Origin: Amoebophrya sp. A120
Taxonomy: Eukaryota > Protista > Dinoflagellata
Assembly: GCA_905178155.1 (NCBI GenBank)
Contig: CAJINV010000005.1
Span: 1,108,564-1,172,563 of the forward strand
Length of the DNA stretch: 64,000 bases
Reading direction: 5' to 3'
Positions 58,450 through 64,000 of this stretch are shown here, piece by piece. The notes beneath the pieces are model-generated. The model saw only the letters and a program-made list of their open reading frames with translations, was not told the origin of the DNA and did not search any database. Position 1 is the first letter of the stretch. Each line of letters begins with the position of its first letter. Made by a program: the position numbers and the translations under genes.

Positions 58450-61400
58450 ATGAGCAAAGAACAAAGAATGTGTCTCCGGGCGCAGGCAATGAAAAGGAAA
58501 AGCTCAACGACGACCTGTCAAGCCATGATTGTCTGGGCATTAGCGTTTTCTTCTCCTCTTGCAGGCGTGCGTGCTTTCCGGTTTCAGCTAGAAGAAGCGA
58601 AGCTCCAGCCCTTCGGCACTACCGCTCACCGTCATTATTTCGATCGCAAGAACGGAAACAACAAGGACACCAACCTGACCGGTGATGAAGGTTTTGCTGA
58701 GAAACGCGAGATGACAAAGCAGCTCGAGCAGTGTCCTCGTCCCATTGATTGGGACCCTGCGTACGAGATATTTTCCGTCAGGGACATTGCGGAAATGTTA
58801 GCGCTATGGATTGCAAAAGTGTCTAGCTCTGGAACAAGGTTGAAACCTGTGATGCGCATTTCAGAATGCAGAAAAATCTCTCATGCATAGGCAGCAAAAG
58901 TCGCCCACTTTCTGTCACAAAAATCAGGGATTTGTCGTGCGGATTCGGCATTGCGAACGCTTCTCGAAACCTGTGATGCTAGAGCTTCCATGCTAGACCT
59001 TCTGTGTCATGCACAAGCAGCATGATTCTTCCAGACCCAGACATTTTTACATTTGATAAGCGCGACAGCTAAAAATGGGCGGGGTCGACGCAATGATGCA
59101 GGCCTTGGCGAAGAGGCTCCAGAAGTTCTCGACCAAGTCCATGAATGTGGAGTACCATGACCGAGCCGTGTTCGAAGCCATGGTGGGAAAAGCTGCAGAC
59201 GATGATAAAGCGAACGGCAAAACGGACCTTGGCAACCTCGGGGCCTACGTGACGAAACTGGCGGCCAAGTGCGCGTGGGTGAAGTTGGTGCGGGGAAGTT
59301 CGGGGTGGCAGGAGTGCTTCATATCCTGAGTAAAAACGTCCCCATACGAGAGTCAAGATGGGAAATGTGCTAGACAAAGGAGCCAGCTTTGGTTGTTTCG
59401 CATGACACGTTTGTACTCGTAGTGTAGTGCTGTTTAGCTAGTTCAGAAGCATCACTTACCTAGCACATCATGCTGATTCTAGCATCACAAATACCAGAAC
59501 ACGACGAGAAAACGCGTCTCATACAGCTCCGCATGAGAAACTTTTTGGCACGCAGATTTGCGGGACAACTCTGGCGTGGGGACGTTTTTACACAGGATAC
59601 TTCACGAAGGAGATTTACAAGGTGTACCAGGAAGCCACTTGGCAAGACGCGAAATGCTACGCGGAAGCGGCGGAACGATGGATCTCTAAGGGAGGACTGT
59701 CGGCTGGTGGTGAGGACGAACTACGCAACATTACCAGCGTGGACCAGATTCTCGCGTCCGGCGTGGCAGGTGTTGCCAGCAGCAGTGGCACAACTACAAC
59801 TTCTGGCGCAACAACTGCAAGCTCAAGCACGGTGTTGAACAACAAGCCGAGTACAACTGTTGAAACGAAGAAAGCGGAACTGCTTCGCTCGTTCAAAAAT
59901 GCAGGGTTGGTGCACGACAGTGCTGCTCTGCCGCCGGAGGACCTAGCGAGGAAGATTTGCGAGATGGAGCTTGTAGCACCGGAAATTTGCCAGAGTGATC
60001 ATCAAAAAATGGACGACGACGAGGATGTTAAGGAAGAAGCAGAAGCGCTCGATTCTAACGTTGGCAGGAGGACTTCTTGTTCAGCGGACGTTGAAACAGC
60101 CGGCTCTGAAGAAGAGTCCGACAGTGATGTTGACAACTGCTCGACGGACTCCGTCGAGGCGGAAGGTGAAGAAGGTCGGGTTCTACAGGATGGACCACGT
60201 GGTCCTGGGTCTCCTGCACGAGGATCAGCTGCCACTCCTCTTGCAGATGCCCTCAACCTTGTGAAAGGTCCGCAGAAACGGGCGTCTGCGAAAGCTAAAG
60301 GCTGCATCGAATTCCGATCCGACATGATGAGCCCGCAGTGGATGTTTTTTCTGGACAGTGAAAACAAGCAGGGGTTTCTGACCATCCGGGGTACGGTTTA
60401 CCTTGACGACTGGAATACGAATTTCAACAGCTCGGGGGATCGGGCCAGCCCGGTGTACGCGGAATACAAGCATTCTATGCCCGCCGCAAAGTCCGCGTTG
60501 TCGATGGGTACGAACCCAGAGGAGGAGAAGGAGTTGGGACCCTTTTTGATGCTGCACAAAGGTTTTTACGACCGCGCGGCCACGGCAATCATGGAACTGG
60601 AGGTGGAGTTGTGGAAGCAGAGCAAGAAGATTGCGCAACAAGAACAGCGCGTGGCCGAGGAGAAGATGAGCAAAGACGAAGGAGGTCGTGATGAGGATGA
60701 TGGAGCAGGTACTAGTGGTAGTGAACGTGAACAAACGGTGGAAACCGAAACGGCTCCTGTGATGATCCGCGATTCCACGAGCAACTGCGATCCAGCCGAC
60801 GAGGAAGTACTCGCTTTCGAAAAGCAAGCGGGGACAGAGAGTCACAAAAGCGACGTGTTCCGGAATTTCGCGGAAGAAAAAACTTACCTGGAAAAGCGCC
60901 AAACCAAATTGCCGACCTGCTTTGTCGAATATCTGAAAAAAAACATCGCAACTAAAATCTCCGACAAGCTGTTCCTCCAGGGCCACTCGTTGGGCGGCGC
61001 CGCGGCATTGGTGATTCACCGTCTGAGGGAAAAGTCCGACCTATTGCAAGCGATGACGAACAACTCTGCCGGGAAAAAGATCCACACGAACGCGTTCTCC
61101 GCGCCCCCAATGTTCACGTCCGGGTCGCCGGAGCAGGCAAAGCTGGCTTTTGTGTACCTCGCCACCGGGAAACTCGCCAACTGGGCGCTGGATGTAAACC
61201 GCGTGCTTGCGGGCGACTACCGCTGCTCCTGGCTTGAGGAGCTCGCGACGGAGTTTCCGGACGGTGACTTGAATAAACAGGAGACTATATTGTGGAAGAA
61301 CTCCACGAACCTGTTTTTCAATTTCGACTTTGTGCCCCGGCTCGCGTTCATGAACGTGCAGAAGGAGCAAATTGTCCTCCCGCCCGTAGAGAAAGTTTTC

Positions 61401-62015
61401 TGGCTTCGCGACACCGCGCCCGCGGGGCTGCAAGAAAAGTTGGACAAGTGCGGGAAAAGCTGCAGCAAAACTCTTACCCGCGTCGCTACCGTATTCCGGG
61501 TTCCGCTTTACGCGCAAGCGACGGTCTTGTCGAGTCTAGACCAGATGCTCTCGCCGTATCCAAAGGAATTCTTGCTGGACGCAGTACAGGAACACCAGAT
61601 GCCTACTTACGAACCGCTGTTGGTGGCCTTGTTAGGAGGAAAGAACAGCAAGAAAGATAGCCTGTCTGCTGGTGTAGCAAGTCTTGAAGTGGGGATGAAG
61701 GGTGAAGAGAAAAGCGTCCCTGCTTCTGAGACGCAGAACGTACAAGAATTTGAGCTGGAGCGACCGCGCGGTGAGGACAACGTCGAGAACCTTCTCGCCA
61801 ATAGCAAAAGGAACAGCACTTCTGGAAACAAGAAGGGCTTTCTTGATGAGGTTAAAGAATCTACTGCGGAGGTGGATGATGATGTTGATGACGTTGACGA
61901 GGATAAAAACAGCGAAGAAGAAGACCAAGAACCTGTTGCTTCCATGCCGCTCCCGCCGATCGTTACTCCGGCAGAGTACATGGAAATGACATATGGGGAC
62001 ATGACTATACACTAG
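58450..62015 (+). CDS. Class-3 lipase (alpha/beta hydrolase), probable signal peptide, two introners
   Basis: IRGT...DW, HKGF, LQGHSLGGAAA, FSAPP, DFVPRL, EHQMPTY; frame restored across the elements (MLA|RQLKM, ECF|TKEIY). Confidence 0.9.
58805..59058. mobile_element. Introner, TIR type 1, TSD agcgc
   Basis: tatggattgcaaaagtgtctagctctggaa...ttccagacccagacatttttacatttgata; interior closely matches 51905-52152. Confidence 0.92.
59322..59599. mobile_element. Introner, TIR type 2, TSD cttca
   Basis: tatcctgagtaaaaacgtcccca...tggggacgtttttacacaggata. Confidence 0.93.
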
Positions 62016-63180
62016 AAAAGTTTACAAATATATATCTGAAAGAATAAATTTTTGAGATCTTCATCTCCCGCTTTATTTTTTGCGATGGGCTCTACCTTTG
62101 ACTTTGTGTTTATGGAAGCTCGGCGTGTGGCACATTCGCACTCTTTTAGCAACCGTAAACAAGGTCGAAGTCCAGCAGACGAAGAAGCTGAGCCTGAAGC
62201 TGCATCGAGCTGATGCACTTTGGCAAGACAAAAGAATCAAAATTCAATAAATTTTGAATTTTATTATAATGAAATTCAATGTGAGAAATGCAGGGCGTTG
62301 AAATGAAGATGCAAAATACGTGTGATGATGTCTGCAACAAAGCACTTTGATTTTTGTTTTTGTTTTTGCAGACAGTTACTCGCAGGCCATAAGAGGCGAG
62401 CAAAGGCTTGTTTTTGTTTTTGCACAATTTTGGGATGTAACATTTTGTTTTACGAACCTCGCAGGATGACCAAGGCCTGTGGCCGACGTTTGCTGCACAT
62501 GAAATTGAAAAAAGCTGTATCGATGAGATTTTTACATGACCGCCTGTGGATATGAAAAGCAAATTGTGCCTCTATCCGCAGTGTTGTCGTGCGAAAAATG
62601 TAAGATGTGAACTGGCAACACCCGTGTATGATGAGGCGAAAAGAAGTATGAAGCCTAAGAAGCTTCCGAAAGCAAAAGCATTGAATACAATAAATGTACC
62701 ATCCATCCGACCGACAAATGAAGCGCTAAAGGAAAAAGGTGAGTAATCGCGTTTCCACCCTGCCGCATAACTACAAACAAACAACAAACAAGATAAAGGC
62801 AGTAGGTAGAACATGAACATGGCAAAAGAACCTAAAACCCACCCTAGGAAGAAGTCGATCATGGAACTCAAGTACTTCAGAGCTAGTCTGGCATGTTGAC
62901 CGTAGTGGTCTTTTGATTTTGCACAGTAACTCCGACGTCTACGGTAACATGCCGAGAAGCGAATACGAAATGTATGGATGAAATGAAACTGTGATGAACA
63001 AGAAGTACTGAAAGTACGTGACGAATCTGAAGAAGAAAAAGTTGGAGCCTAGGAAGAAGAGCACTATTATAAACGAGTTTACGGCGTGGGCGTCGAGGGG
63101 TGTCCTCTGGTGATGCTTCCGCGACAGGATATTTTCTACCCTGGCAGACTCATGTTCGTTGTGTCTTTATTGCACACTAG

Positions 63181-63993
63181 ATCATTTCAGTTGGATCAAG
63201 TAGAAGATGACTGTGACAGAACTCCCTTCTGACACTGTAGCACCGCTACAGTTGTGTCGTCAACATGTATTTACATAAATCGCAAAAGTTAAAGTTCTCG
63301 CTCTTCTTCCAAGAATCAAGATCATGAAGGATCTCATCAAGTCCCCAGATCTCAAGGTCAAAAATCTCTACACAGAAGAATCTTCTGCTGTATTCCTGGA
63401 CTGTCGGCACACGAACGATCCAGCGATCGCCGCGAGCTGAACCCTGTGGTCCTCGCCGAAGTTGATCTATTGATGCTTTTGCCGGTGGGACGTTCCAGAA
63501 AAGTCCCGCCTTCCTGATCTGCTCGTCATGTTGATTATTTCTCGGCCATGTGCTAATCGAAAACGCAGAAATAATCAATTAGTATTAAGAAAACATCAAA
63601 CCACTCCGCAGCTACACAAATTATCACCCTACTTAGAGGCTGAAATAGTCTTCTTGTGTGCAGACATAAGCTTCACTGTAGTACTATACCAAAGTAGGAT
63701 TTTGCTTCATCCGTTTTGTGAAAAACCAAAAAGCTTCACTAGGAGAGTGGAAAACTCTCTTCAAGTTGTACCACATATTAAGAACCAGAAATCACCAACA
63801 ATAATTTCTTGAGAAAAAATTTTAATTGACACCCGACCCTCAATCCGCTGTAAGATTTGGGAATCAATCGTAATTTGTACTACGCTGTAAGATTGTATAC
63901 TTAGTACTTGTGCAAGAATAGTTGCTATAATAGACGAAAAAGTAAAGGTAAAGGAAACGCAAAATACGTATTAATCATTGTGTTTACCTGAAA
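63181..63993 (+). repeat. ~850-bp direct repeat, copy 2 (runs to the window end)
   Basis: Colinear with 57542-58400. Confidence 0.93.
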
Positions 63994-64000
63994 CTTGTTA

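Noticed and set aside
34470-59060. Recurrent ORF peptides such as QKCLGLED, LPDPDIF, FQTQTFL and CKNVWVWK
   Set aside because: These are translations of type 1 TIRs, not a protein repeat family
522-62012. Many minus-strand ORFs in the track
   Set aside because: Antisense shadows of GC-rich + strand exons with no recognisable motifs

Overview
Eukaryotic (protist) nuclear DNA with about 16 protein-coding genes, all on the + strand. Gene organisation and the many non-canonical introns suggest an Amoebophrya-like (Syndiniales) parasitic dinoflagellate; this is inference. Recognisable genes: Nup62/Nsp1, TRAPP Bet3, an ankyrin + kinesin-14, an Osm1/Frd1-type fumarate reductase, SAP18, a RarA/MgsA C-terminal-like protein, a WW protein, a TPR protein, an EF-hand-repeat HExxH (M64-like) metallopeptidase and a class-3 lipase. 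The main signal is 19 short (109-387 bp) MITE-like elements inside coding sequence. All begin TAT, end ATA, carry terminal inverted repeats (TIRs) and are flanked by a 5-bp target-site duplication (TSD). They fall into 7 TIR types and occur in both orientations. Removing each element plus one TSD copy restores the reading frame in every case, so they behave as introner introns, yet only one can be read with canonical splice ends. Thirteen interrupt one gene (44561-53096), which reassembles into a 1787-aa ORF not shown in the ORF track. The window also has a 1.25-kb multi-hairpin foldback intron, several TIR-less non-AG introns, a 624-bp coding tandem repeat and an ~850-bp duplication flanking the lipase. 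All gene models were assembled by hand without transcript data.
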